DNA of 64,000 bases from an uncultured delta proteobacterium (GTDB lineage: Bacteria; Myxococcota; Myxococcia; SLRQ01). The notes beneath the pieces were generated by a model, which ran no database searches, was not told the DNA's origin, and worked only from the letters and a program-made list of their open reading frames with translations. The position numbers and the translations under genes were made by a program. Location: the NCBI GenBank assembly GCA_963727485.1, contig CAVSGM010000011.1, positions 864,001 through 928,000 of the forward strand. Reading direction: 5' to 3'. How positions within the stretch are numbered: the first letter of the stretch is position 1; every line of letters starts with the position of its first letter. Below, piece after piece: positions 39,604-50,322 of the stretch.

Positions 39604-41223
39604 GTGAAAACATGCAGCCCACGCAGACGCGTCTGCGGGGCGGCGGTTCTCCTGCTCGTGTCGGCAGGTTGCGTTGACGCGGTATCACAGCGTCCGTCCC
39701 TCGCATCGACCGCTTCGGAGCTGACGGCTTCGGCGGCACGTCACCGGTCCACCCCGGCCACGCCGGCCGGGTCCGGGTCCCGGAGCCAGGCGGCGACGGC
39801 CTCGTCGCCGGACGCCGCGCCCGAGGCCTCCGGCGCGGTGTCGGCGACCGGGGACGATGGCCTGACCGTCCCCGGCACCGACGACGGTGCGGCGCCCGCG
39901 CGGCGCCACCTCGCCGGCCCGTCCCTCGACGAGTGGAGACCCCGCTTCCGCCCCGTTCACCCGAAACCCCAGGGGGCCTACCCGGACGTCGCGGTGGTCA
40001 CCGACGACCAGGTGGCCATCTACCCGGCGGCCGCCGAGCGGCACCAGGTGGGCCTGGCGCGCCTGGGCAACCGCCTCCCGGCGCGGCCCACCGGCCACAG
40101 GTGCGACGACGGCCGGTGGTACCGGGTCCCGGGCCACGGCTACGTGTGCTCCGGCGACGGCCTCCACGTGGAGAAGCGCCCCCTCGACGGCCCGGTCCTC
40201 AATCGCGCCGACCGCAAGCGCCTCCCGCGGATCAACCGGCCCGACCCCTTCCGCTACGGGAAGGCCAAGGACGGCGGCCCGCCCCGCTTCGACCGCCTGC
40301 CCACGCGCCACGAGCTCGAGGCCCTCGACACCGGCGACGATCCGCCGGCGGGCCTGGTGCAGACCTGGATGAAGGGGGCCTACTGGCTGGCCCTGGCGCG
40401 GAAGGTGAAGGTCGGCGGCGTGCCCCTCTACGAGACCGTCGCCGGGCGCTTCGTCCGGGTCGACGACCTCAAGACCCGGCCCACGCCGCCGATGCACGGC
40501 GTCCACCTCGGACACGGCCGCGGCCTCCCCATGGCCTTCGCCTTCCACCCGACGCAGCTCTTCTGCCCCCGGGACGGCGACCTGGTCCTCTGCGGCACCG
40601 TGGACAAGCACGCGCGGTTCAAGCCCGAGGGGGTGAAGACCGTGGACGGCGAGGACTACGTGGTCACCGGCCTCGGCGACATCCCCCGCGGCGACGTGCG
40701 CATCGCCCGGCGCATCTCCCGGCCCAAGGGCGTCGGCGCCGGGGAGCGGTGGATCCACATCGACCTGTCCGAGCAGACCCTCACCGCCTACCAGGGCGAC
40801 ACCCCGGTGTTCGTGACCCTGGTGTCCACCGGGCGGCCGGGCCACGACACGGTGCGGGGCCTGTTCCGGGTGCAGCGCAAGTACGTCACCAAGACCATGC
40901 GCGGCGCCGACGCCGACGGGCCCTACGACGTCCAGGAGGTGCCCTGGACCATGTACTTCCACGGGAACTACGCGGTCCACGGGGCCTACTGGCACGACAT
41001 CTTCGGCCACACCAAGAGCCACGGCTGCGTCAACGTCCCCCCGGCGGACGCGCGGTGGCTCTACTACTGGAGCTCGCCCCACCTGCCCAAGGGGTGGTCG
41101 GCGATGCTCGGGGTGAAGGGCACCCACGTCTACGTCGACGGCCACACCCCGCCGGGGCAGCCCCCCGACGCCGATGACGCGCCCCCGACCTCGAAGGATC
41201 ACGGCGAGGTGGCCGGTGGGTGA
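39604..41223 (+). CDS. L,D-transpeptidase (YkuD family), probable lipoprotein; start uncertain
   Basis: WIHIDLSEQTLTAY, VSTG, HGAYWH...SHGCVN catalytic motif; lipobox-like VSAGC. Confidence 0.9.
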   Translation: MKTCSPRRRVCGAAVLLLVSAGCVDAVSQRPSLASTASELTASAARHRSTPATPAGSGSRSQAATASSPDAAPEASGAVSATGDDGLTVPGTDDGAAPARRHLAGPSLDEWRPRFRPVHPKPQGAYPDVAVVTDDQVAIYPAAAERHQVGLARLGNRLPARPTGHRCDDGRWYRVPGHGYVCSGDGLHVEKRPLDGPVLNRADRKRLPRINRPDPFRYGKAKDGGPPRFDRLPTRHELEALDTGDDPPAGLVQTWMKGAYWLALARKVKVGGVPLYETVAGRFVRVDDLKTRPTPPMHGVHLGHGRGLPMAFAFHPTQLFCPRDGDLVLCGTVDKHARFKPEGVKTVDGEDYVVTGLGDIPRGDVRIARRISRPKGVGAGERWIHIDLSEQTLTAYQGDTPVFVTLVSTGRPGHDTVRGLFRVQRKYVTKTMRGADADGPYDVQEVPWTMYFHGNYAVHGAYWHDIFGHTKSHGCVNVPPADARWLYYWSSPHLPKGWSAMLGVKGTHVYVDGHTPPGQPPDADDAPPTSKDHGEVAGG

Positions 41224-42109
41224 CGCCCTGCTCCGGGGGCTGCGGCCCCTCCTCGAGGGGAGCGACCGGCTCCTCGACCGGGTGAGCGCCGCCACCGGCG
41301 ACGCCTCGCGGACGGTGAAGTACCTCGCCGGCCGCGCGCGCTTCGTCCCCCGGGCGAGCGACGTCTACGTCGCCAGCTACCCGCGCTCGGGGACCACCTG
41401 GACCCAGCTCATCGTCCACCTCCTGGTCACCGGCGCCACGGGCCTCGACTTCGATCACCTCTCGGAGGTGTCGCCCTGGTTCGAGCAATCGCTGGCCTGG
41501 CGCACGGGCGCCGCCGACGCCTTCGCCCGGCTCCCGGCGCCCCGGGTGTTCAAGACCCACCTGCCGTACCGGTGGCTCCCGGGCTCGGGGCGCTGCCTCC
41601 ACGTGGTGCGGGACCCCGGCGACGTGGTGGTCTCCTACTACCACCTCTACCGGCGCTACCTCGGGTGGGCCCTGCCCTTCGACGCCTTCTTCGAGCGCTT
41701 CCTCGCCGGCGAGGTCCAGTACCGCTCCTACTTCGACCACCTCGCCGGGTGGCGTGCGGCCCCGGAGGGGCGGGTCCTCGAGGTCTCCTACGAGGCCCTG
41801 CGCGCCGACCCCGCCTTCGGGGTGCGCCGCATCGCCTCCTTCCTCGAGGTGCCGGTGGACGACGCCCGGGTGGAGGCGGTGGTCGACCTCACCGGCTTCG
41901 AGCGGATGAAGGCCGAGGAGCACAAGCTCGACCACCTCGGTGAGCTCGCCCGCCAGCGCGGCGCCACCGGCGGGACCTTCGTCCGCGCCGGGCGGGTGGC
42001 CCGGGGCGCGGGCACCCTCTCCGACACCCAGCGCGCCGCCCTCGATCGGGCCCTCGCCGGGGCCCGCCGCCCGAGGCCGAAGTGGCACCTCCCGGCGTTC
42101 CTCCACTGA
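41216..42109 (+). CDS. sulfotransferase (SULT / Sulfotransfer_1-like)
   Basis: 5'-PSB loop YPRSGTTW, KTHLP, 3'-PB RDPGDVVVSYY, SYFDH..GW, YEAL, F.RMK, FVRAGRV. Confidence 0.92.
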   Translation: MGDALLRGLRPLLEGSDRLLDRVSAATGDASRTVKYLAGRARFVPRASDVYVASYPRSGTTWTQLIVHLLVTGATGLDFDHLSEVSPWFEQSLAWRTGAADAFARLPAPRVFKTHLPYRWLPGSGRCLHVVRDPGDVVVSYYHLYRRYLGWALPFDAFFERFLAGEVQYRSYFDHLAGWRAAPEGRVLEVSYEALRADPAFGVRRIASFLEVPVDDARVEAVVDLTGFERMKAEEHKLDHLGELARQRGATGGTFVRAGRVARGAGTLSDTQRAALDRALAGARRPRPKWHLPAFLH

Positions 42110-43077
42110 TGATCGAGACCCTGCCCCGACCCGCCGCCAGCTGGCTCACCCGGGCCGCCGAGTGCGCCCGCCAGGAGCCGCTCATCGACACCCGCATGTC
42201 CCTGGCGAGCCTCCGCCGCGCCGACGCCTGCCGGCCCCCGCGGGTGGTGTACCTGGGCATCGGGCTCGCCTTCCGGGACGCCCTGTCCCAGGGGGTGCCC
42301 GTGGATCTGCTCGGGGTGGTCCTCCCCGCCGAGGCGGTGCGCCGGGCCATCGGCGCCGAGCGCCTGGTGGTCCTCTTGGCCGACCGCCACGCCACCGCCA
42401 ACGGCTTCCACGAGCGGGACGTCGCCGACCGGGCGCGGGCGGTGGAGGCGGTCCTCGACCGGGCCCGCGTCGACTGCGGCCTCGAGGGCCTCGAGGTGGT
42501 CCGCGCCTCGGCGTTCCATGGGTCGGCGGCCTACCGCGACGCCCTCGCCGAGGTGCGGCGCCGGCGTCCGGGCCTCCACGAGTACGTGGCCCGGCAGCTC
42601 GCCGACGCCCTCTGCCTCGACCGGCGCCACGGGGGGCTGCTCAAGGTGGGCTGGGCCCTGCGCGGGGCCGAGTCGCGCCGGCGCCGGGACGAGCTGGCCT
42701 TCGACCGGGAGCTCCGGACGGTGGCCGGGGAGCGCATCGCCTTCGTCTACTGCAAGCCCGGCCGCGCCCTCTCCGACGAGGCGCCCCGGGTGCCGCCCTA
42801 CGCGGTCCGCCGCCCGGGGGCGCGTCTCTGCCTCGACCGCCCCGAGGACGCCCGGGCCAAGCTCAAGGCCGGCTGGCTCCGGGCCTCGGCCCAGACCGTT
42901 CGCGCCTGCCGCCGCCACCTCCGGGCGCTCCTCTACACCTACGACCGCCTCGCCGAGCCCCTGCCCCGGGGGCCCCTGGAGCGACGGATGGACGCCCTCA
43001 TCGACCGCCTCGGGCCTGACGACGAGGCGGGCGCGGGGGTCCCGGATCCCGAGCCGCCCGAGCGGGCCACCGGCTGA
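42109..43077 (+). CDS. TyrRS/TrpRS (class Ic) catalytic-domain paralogue lacking HIGH/KMSKS and an anticodon domain
   Basis: VVYLG, VLLADRHA, VVRASAF and YVARQLADALCL line up in order with TyrRS AYIG, LLADLHA, GSEF and YPIMQVND; TGATG coupling to the sulfotransferase. The ORF is solid, the fold is inferred. Confidence 0.6.
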   Translation: MIETLPRPAASWLTRAAECARQEPLIDTRMSLASLRRADACRPPRVVYLGIGLAFRDALSQGVPVDLLGVVLPAEAVRRAIGAERLVVLLADRHATANGFHERDVADRARAVEAVLDRARVDCGLEGLEVVRASAFHGSAAYRDALAEVRRRRPGLHEYVARQLADALCLDRRHGGLLKVGWALRGAESRRRRDELAFDRELRTVAGERIAFVYCKPGRALSDEAPRVPPYAVRRPGARLCLDRPEDARAKLKAGWLRASAQTVRACRRHLRALLYTYDRLAEPLPRGPLERRMDALIDRLGPDDEAGAGVPDPEPPERATG

Positions 43078-43171
43078 GCCCCGCCAGGGTCCGCGGGTTG
43101 CGCCGGTGGGGAGCCGCGCCTAGGCCTGCAGGCGAGCGGGTGGCACGTCCACCCATGCCGGGGGGGCAGAC

Positions 43172-43849
43172 ATGGCGCGTGCGACGCGGCTGGTGATCCT
43201 TCTCGCCGGGGCGTTCCTCGCCTCCGGCTGCGCGACCTTCGGGACCATGCAGACGGCGAGCACCGTCGGCCGGGGGCACACCCGGGTGGCCCTCGAGCCG
43301 TCGATGTGGGGCGCGGCCACGCCCGACGGGACCGCCCTGGTCCCGGTCGTCACCCTCTCCGCCGAGCACGGCTTGAGCGACCAGGTGGACATCGGCGGCC
43401 GGGTGGGGACCTCGGGCTTCGAGCTCTGGGGGAAGCTCCAGCTGACCCCGCCGCTCTCCCCGGTGATCCTGTCCCTGGCCCCGAGCGCCGGGGGCTTCGC
43501 CCTGGTCGGCAGCGGGGGCGGCGGCGGGATCCTCTTCTTCCAGCTCCCGGTGCTCGTGGGGATCCGCGTCGGGGGCAGCGAGCTGGTCCTCGGCCCCAAG
43601 ATCCATGACTGGATGCTGATCGGCAGCAGCGGCGGCACCAACGGGAGCGGGAACCTCGTCAGCGTCGGCGGCACCCTGGGCTTCGCCCTGCGCCTGGGCC
43701 CGGGCTTCCGGATCATGCCCGAGATCGCCGTCCTCCGGCCGGTGGTGGCGTCGGTGACCGCCGGGACCGGGGACAACACCCTCACCCAGGTCTTCTCCAG
43801 CCAGGCCTACCTGCTCCAGTTCTCGGTCTCCCTGATGTTCGGGGGGTAG
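43172..43849 (+). CDS. lipoprotein with outer-membrane beta-barrel-like strands
   Basis: Lipobox LASGC; alternating hydrophobic strands; ends FSVSLMFGG. Confidence 0.7.
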   Translation: MARATRLVILLAGAFLASGCATFGTMQTASTVGRGHTRVALEPSMWGAATPDGTALVPVVTLSAEHGLSDQVDIGGRVGTSGFELWGKLQLTPPLSPVILSLAPSAGGFALVGSGGGGGILFFQLPVLVGIRVGGSELVLGPKIHDWMLIGSSGGTNGSGNLVSVGGTLGFALRLGPGFRIMPEIAVLRPVVASVTAGTGDNTLTQVFSSQAYLLQFSVSLMFGG

Positions 43850-43916
43850 GGCGGCCCCGGTGGGGGCCTGCCGGCAGGGCCTCCGGAAGCGCTCGTAAGC
43901 ACAGGGAAATCCCGGT

Positions 43917-43970
43917 TTGACATCGGGCCGTGCGGTTCTAGCTTCCAATAAGAACCGCTTTGGTACTATA
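43917..43970 (+). promoter_or_regulatory. suf operon promoter with overlapping inverted repeats
   Basis: TTGACA-N16-TAGCTT; GCGGTTCT-N11-AGAACCGC and AGAACC-N5-GGTACT. Confidence 0.6.
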
Positions 43971-43981
43971 TCGGCCTCACG

Positions 43982-44446
43982 ATGCTCCGGGTGACCAAGC
44001 TCTGCGACTACGCCATCGTCCTCCTCACCCACCTCGCGCACGCGGGTGAGGACGGCTCCGTCGCCGCCCGGGACCTGGCCGTCCGCTCCGAGGTGCCCCT
44101 GCCCACGGTCAGCAAGATCCTCAAGCAGCTCGGCCGGGAGGGGCTGGTGGTCAGCCAGCGTGGGGCGAAGGGCGGCTACCGCCTGGCGCGGACGGCGACG
44201 GCGATCTCGGTGGCGGACATCATCGCCGCCGTCGAGGGCCCCATCGCCATGACCGACTGCAGCCTCGAGGGCGGCGGCCTCTGCGACGTCGAGGACAACT
44301 GCCGGGTCCGGGCCAACTGGCGGCTCATCAGCTCGGTGGTCGAGGACGCCCTCTCACGCATCTCCCTGGCCGACATGGCCGGGCCCCTGCCGCCCCACCT
44401 GGTGCGCCTCGGCAAGGCGCCCCGGCAGGCGGCCTCCGGAACCTGA
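43982..44446 (+). CDS. Rrf2-family SUF Fe-S assembly regulator
   Basis: DYAIVLL, w[16 protein letters not shown], three Cys (DC..LC..NC); first gene of the suf operon. Confidence 0.92.
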   Translation: MLRVTKLCDYAIVLLTHLAHAGEDGSVAARDLAVRSEVPLPTVSKILKQLGREGLVVSQRGAKGGYRLARTATAISVADIIAAVEGPIAMTDCSLEGGGLCDVEDNCRVRANWRLISSVVEDALSRISLADMAGPLPPHLVRLGKAPRQAASGT

Positions 44447-44457
44447 AGGACACGCAC

Positions 44458-45903
<1,446 letters not shown>

Positions 45904-45920
45904 CGCACACAGGAGACACC

Positions 45921-46672
<752 letters not shown>

Positions 46673-46676
<4 letters not shown>

Positions 46677-47993
46677 CGGCGCTGGCGAAGGCCGGTCGTC
46701 CCGGCCTCTTCGAGGCGAGCCTGGAGTGGCTCGACGCCCAGGCCCCGCTCCCCGGTGCGCCCTGGCTCCTGCGGCTGCGGCAGCAGGCCGAGGCCCGGTG
46801 GCGAGACGCCGGGCTCCCGGGGCCCAAGGACGAGGCCTTCCGGTTCACGCCGCTTCGCGAGGTGGCCGCGGTGCCCTTCGCGCCGGCGACGGGGGCCGGC
46901 GATCCCGCGGCGGTGCTGGCGGCGCTCCCGGAGACGGGCGACCTGGTGGTCCCGGTGGTCGACGGGGTGCCGCGGCTGCCCGACGAGGCCCTCGACGGCG
47001 TCACCGTGCGCGGCCTCGCCGAGGTCCTCGCCAGCGCGCCCCACGAGGTCGAGGGCCACCTGGGCCACGTCACCCGCCCGGCGCCGTTCACCGACCTGAA
47101 CACCGCGCGGTTCGCCTCCGGGGTGGTGGTCACCGTGGCTCGGGGCGCCGCGCCCTCGCGGACCGTGCACCTGGTCCACGTGGCCACCGGCGGCGACACG
47201 CCGTCCGCGTCCCACCCCCGGGTGCTGGTCGTCGCCGAGGCCGGGAGCCGCCTGCGCCTGGTGGAGAGCTTCCACGGGCCCGACGGCGCCGCCTACGCTG
47301 GTGAACCCCGTCACCGAGGTCCACGTGGGCGAAGGCGCGGCGGTCGACCACCTGCGCCTCGAGGTCGAGGGCGACGGCGCCTTCCACCTCGGGACCTGCG
47401 CCGCCCGCTGCGAGACCGGCGGCCGCTACCACTCCCGGGTCTTCGCCTTCGGGGGGAAGCTGGCGCGCCTCGACCTCGACGTGGCCCTCGCCGGCGTGGG
47501 CGCCGAGGCCTCCCTCGACGGCCTCTACCTCTCCGGGGGCACCCAGCTCCTCGACCACCACACCTTCGTCGACCACGTGTCGCCCGGGGCCACCAGCCGC
47601 GAGGTCTACAAGGGCATCCTCGACGGGAAGAGCACCGCGGTCTTCGACGGCACCATCGTGGTCCGTCCCGACGCCCAGAAGACCAGCGGCGCCCAGGAGA
47701 ACCGCAACCTCCTGCTCTCCCGCGAGGCCCAGGTGCACACCAAGCCCCACCTCGCCATCGACGCCGACGACGTGAAGTGCAGCCACGGCGCCACCGTGGG
47801 CCAGCTCGACGAGGGCCCCCTCTTCTACCTGCGCAGCCGGGGCCTCGACGAGGCCACCGCCCGGGGCATCCTCATCTTCGGCTTCGCCCGCGAGGTGGTC
47901 GACGGGGTGCCGGACGAGGCCTGGCGCCGGCACCTCGGCGAGGCCCTCATCGCCCGCCTCCCCGACGGGGCGCGGCTCCGGGAGCTCCTATGA
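46673..47993 (+). CDS. sufD: Fe-S assembly protein SufD (frameshift near 47298)
   Basis: E.FRFT N-terminus, then AVFDG, AQKT, KPHLAIDADDVKCSHGATVGQLD..LFYLRSRG in the next frame. Confidence 0.93.
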
Positions 47994-49237
47994 CCCTCGC
48001 CACCGTGAAGCCCCCCACGGCCTTCGACGTCGAGGCCATCCGCGCCCAGTTCCCGGCCCTGCACCAGCAGGTCCACGGCCGGCCGCTGGTCTACCTCGAC
48101 AACGCGGCGACCACCCTCAAGCCCCAGGCGGTCATCGACGCGGTGGTGCACGCCTACGCGGTGGACTGCGCCAACATCCACCGGGGGGTGCACCTCTTGT
48201 CCCAGCGGGCGACCGAGGCCTACGAGGGCGCCCGGGAGAAGGTCCGCCGCTTCCTCGGCGCCGCCTCCACCCGGGAGATCGTCTTCGTCCGCGGCGCCAC
48301 CGAGGCCATCAACCTGGTGGCCGCGACCTTCGGGCGCCAGCGCGTCGGCGCCGGCGACGAGGTGCTCGTCACCGGCCTCGAGCACCACTCGAACATCGTC
48401 CCCTGGCAGATGCTCTGTGAGTCCGTGGGCGCGAAGCTGGTGGTCTCGCCCCTCGACGACCGGGGCGACGTGTCCCTCGACGACCTGGTCTCGCGGATCG
48501 GTGAGCGCACCAAGCTGGTGGCGGTGGCCCACGTCTCCAACGCCCTGGGGACGGTGCTCCCGGTGAAGGCCATCGTCGACGCCGCCCACGCCCGCGGGGT
48601 GCCGGTGCTCGTCGACGGCGCCCAGGCGGCGCCCCACCTGGCGGTGGACGTGGCCGAGCTCGGCTGCGACTTCTACGCGCTGTCGGGGCACAAGATGTAC
48701 GGGCCCACGGGCATCGGGGTGCTCTACGGCCAGGAGGCGCACCTCGAGGCCATGCCGCCGTACCAGGGCGGCGGCGACATGATCCAGTCGGTCACCTTCG
48801 AGAAGACCACCTTCAACGAGCTTCCCTACAAATTTGAAGCGGGGACCCCGCACATCGCCGGGGGCATCGGGCTCGGGGCCGCGGTGGACTGGCTCGAGGA
48901 CGTCGGCCTCGACCGCGTCGCCGCCCACGAGCACGACCTCCTCGAGCACGGCACCCGGGTGCTCTCGGAGATCCCGGGGCTGAAGATCGTGGGCACCAGC
49001 CCCGGGAAGGCCGCGGTGCTCTCCTTCGTCCTCGAGGGCGTCCACCCCCACGACGTGGGGACCATCGTCGACGCCGAGGGCGTCGCCATCCGCACCGGGC
49101 ACCACTGCGCCCAGCCGGTGATGGAGCGCTTCGGCATCCCCGCCACCAGCCGCGCGTCGCTGGGGGTCTACGACACCCAGGCCGACCTCGACGCCCTGGG
49201 AGCCGCGCTCCACAAGGTCCTGGAGGTGTTCGGCTGA
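47990..49237 (+). CDS. sufS: cysteine desulfurase SufS
   Basis: YLDNAATT, EHHSN, DGAQ, SGHKMYGP, RTGHHCAQP (type II). Confidence 0.97.
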   Translation: MTLATVKPPTAFDVEAIRAQFPALHQQVHGRPLVYLDNAATTLKPQAVIDAVVHAYAVDCANIHRGVHLLSQRATEAYEGAREKVRRFLGAASTREIVFVRGATEAINLVAATFGRQRVGAGDEVLVTGLEHHSNIVPWQMLCESVGAKLVVSPLDDRGDVSLDDLVSRIGERTKLVAVAHVSNALGTVLPVKAIVDAAHARGVPVLVDGAQAAPHLAVDVAELGCDFYALSGHKMYGPTGIGVLYGQEAHLEAMPPYQGGGDMIQSVTFEKTTFNELPYKFEAGTPHIAGGIGLGAAVDWLEDVGLDRVAAHEHDLLEHGTRVLSEIPGLKIVGTSPGKAAVLSFVLEGVHPHDVGTIVDAEGVAIRTGHHCAQPVMERFGIPATSRASLGVYDTQADLDALGAALHKVLEVFG

Positions 49238-49689
49238 TGAGCGAGATGCGCGACCTGTACCAGGAGTTCATCCTGGACCACTACAAGCACCCCCGGAACT
49301 TCCGGTTCCCGGATCCGTCGACCCACGTGGGCGAGGGCTACAACGCCCTGTGCGGCGACCGCCTCACCCTCAAGCTGCGGGTGGGCGAGGGCGGGCGCAT
49401 CGAGGACATCGGCTTCCAGGGCTCCGGCTGCGCCATCTCCACCGCCTCGGCCTCGACCCTCACCGAGGTGCTCATGGGCAAGACGGTGGACGAGGCCCAC
49501 GACCTCTTCCAGGCGTTCCACCAGGTGGTCACCGGGGAGAACGCCCTGCCCGACCCCGACGCCCTGGGGAAGCTCGCGGTCTTCGCCGGGGTGAGCGCGT
49601 ACCCGATGCGGGTGAAGTGCGCGACGCTCGCCTGGCACACCCTGGAGCAGGCTCTCGAGGGCGGCGAGCAGCCGGCGAGCACCGAGTAG
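49237..49689 (+). CDS. sufU: SUF NifU-like protein SufU
   Basis: LYQEFILDH, CGD, GSGCAIS, RVKCATLAWH. Confidence 0.95.
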   Translation: MSEMRDLYQEFILDHYKHPRNFRFPDPSTHVGEGYNALCGDRLTLKLRVGEGGRIEDIGFQGSGCAISTASASTLTEVLMGKTVDEAHDLFQAFHQVVTGENALPDPDALGKLAVFAGVSAYPMRVKCATLAWHTLEQALEGGEQPASTE

Positions 49690-49698
49690 AGGAGCACC

Positions 49699-50322
49699 AT
49701 GAGCCACGACAGCACCCTGCCCGAGAGCGAGCGGCCGGACCAGACGGACGCGACCACCGAGGGGCGCGAGCCCGAGGCCAAGGCGACCCCCGCGGCCAGC
49801 GCGGCGCCGCCCCCCGAGGCGCCCCAGGTGTCGCCGCCGCCGCCGGACCCCTGGGCCGAGGCCCAGAACTACTTCGAGGCGCCCTCCGCCTGGGGCGGCG
49901 GGATGCCCGGTGGCGGGATGCCCGCGATGCCCCCGGAGGACCAGGAGGGCATGCCCGAGCTGCCCTACGAGCCCGACGAGGCCGACGGCGACCTGCAGAT
50001 CGGCTGGCATGGCGGCACGCCCGAGATGCGCAACGACGTCCGCGAGACCCTGCGCACCATCTACGACCCCGAGATCCCGGTGAACATCTACGACCTCGGG
50101 CTCATCTACCGGGTCGCCCTCGACGAGAGCGGCGGCTGCCAGGTGGAGATGACCCTCACCGCCCCGGGCTGCCCGGTCGCCGGCCCCCTGGTGGAGGAGG
50201 TCGAGCAGAAGGTGCAGATGATCCCCGCGGTCACCGTGGGCCGGGCGGTGCTGGTCTTCGACCCGCCCTGGACCATGGACAAGATGGCCGAGGCGGCGCG
50301 GCTCCAGCTGGGGATGTTCTAG
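49699..50322 (+). CDS. sufT: DUF59 Fe-S assembly protein (SufT-like) with a long low-complexity N-terminus
   Basis: YDPEIPVNIYDLGLIY, MTLTAPGCP, FDPPW. Confidence 0.88.
   Translation: MSHDSTLPESERPDQTDATTEGREPEAKATPAASAAPPPEAPQVSPPPPDPWAEAQNYFEAPSAWGGGMPGGGMPAMPPEDQEGMPELPYEPDEADGDLQIGWHGGTPEMRNDVRETLRTIYDPEIPVNIYDLGLIYRVALDESGGCQVEMTLTAPGCPVAGPLVEEVEQKVQMIPAVTVGRAVLVFDPPWTMDKMAEAARLQLGMF

Noticed and set aside
42109..43077. Calling this ORF a canonical cyclodipeptide synthase or a functional TyrRS
   Set aside because: It lacks the CDPS GxSxxN and YxxxExP signatures, and also lacks HIGH, KMSKS and an anticodon-binding domain.
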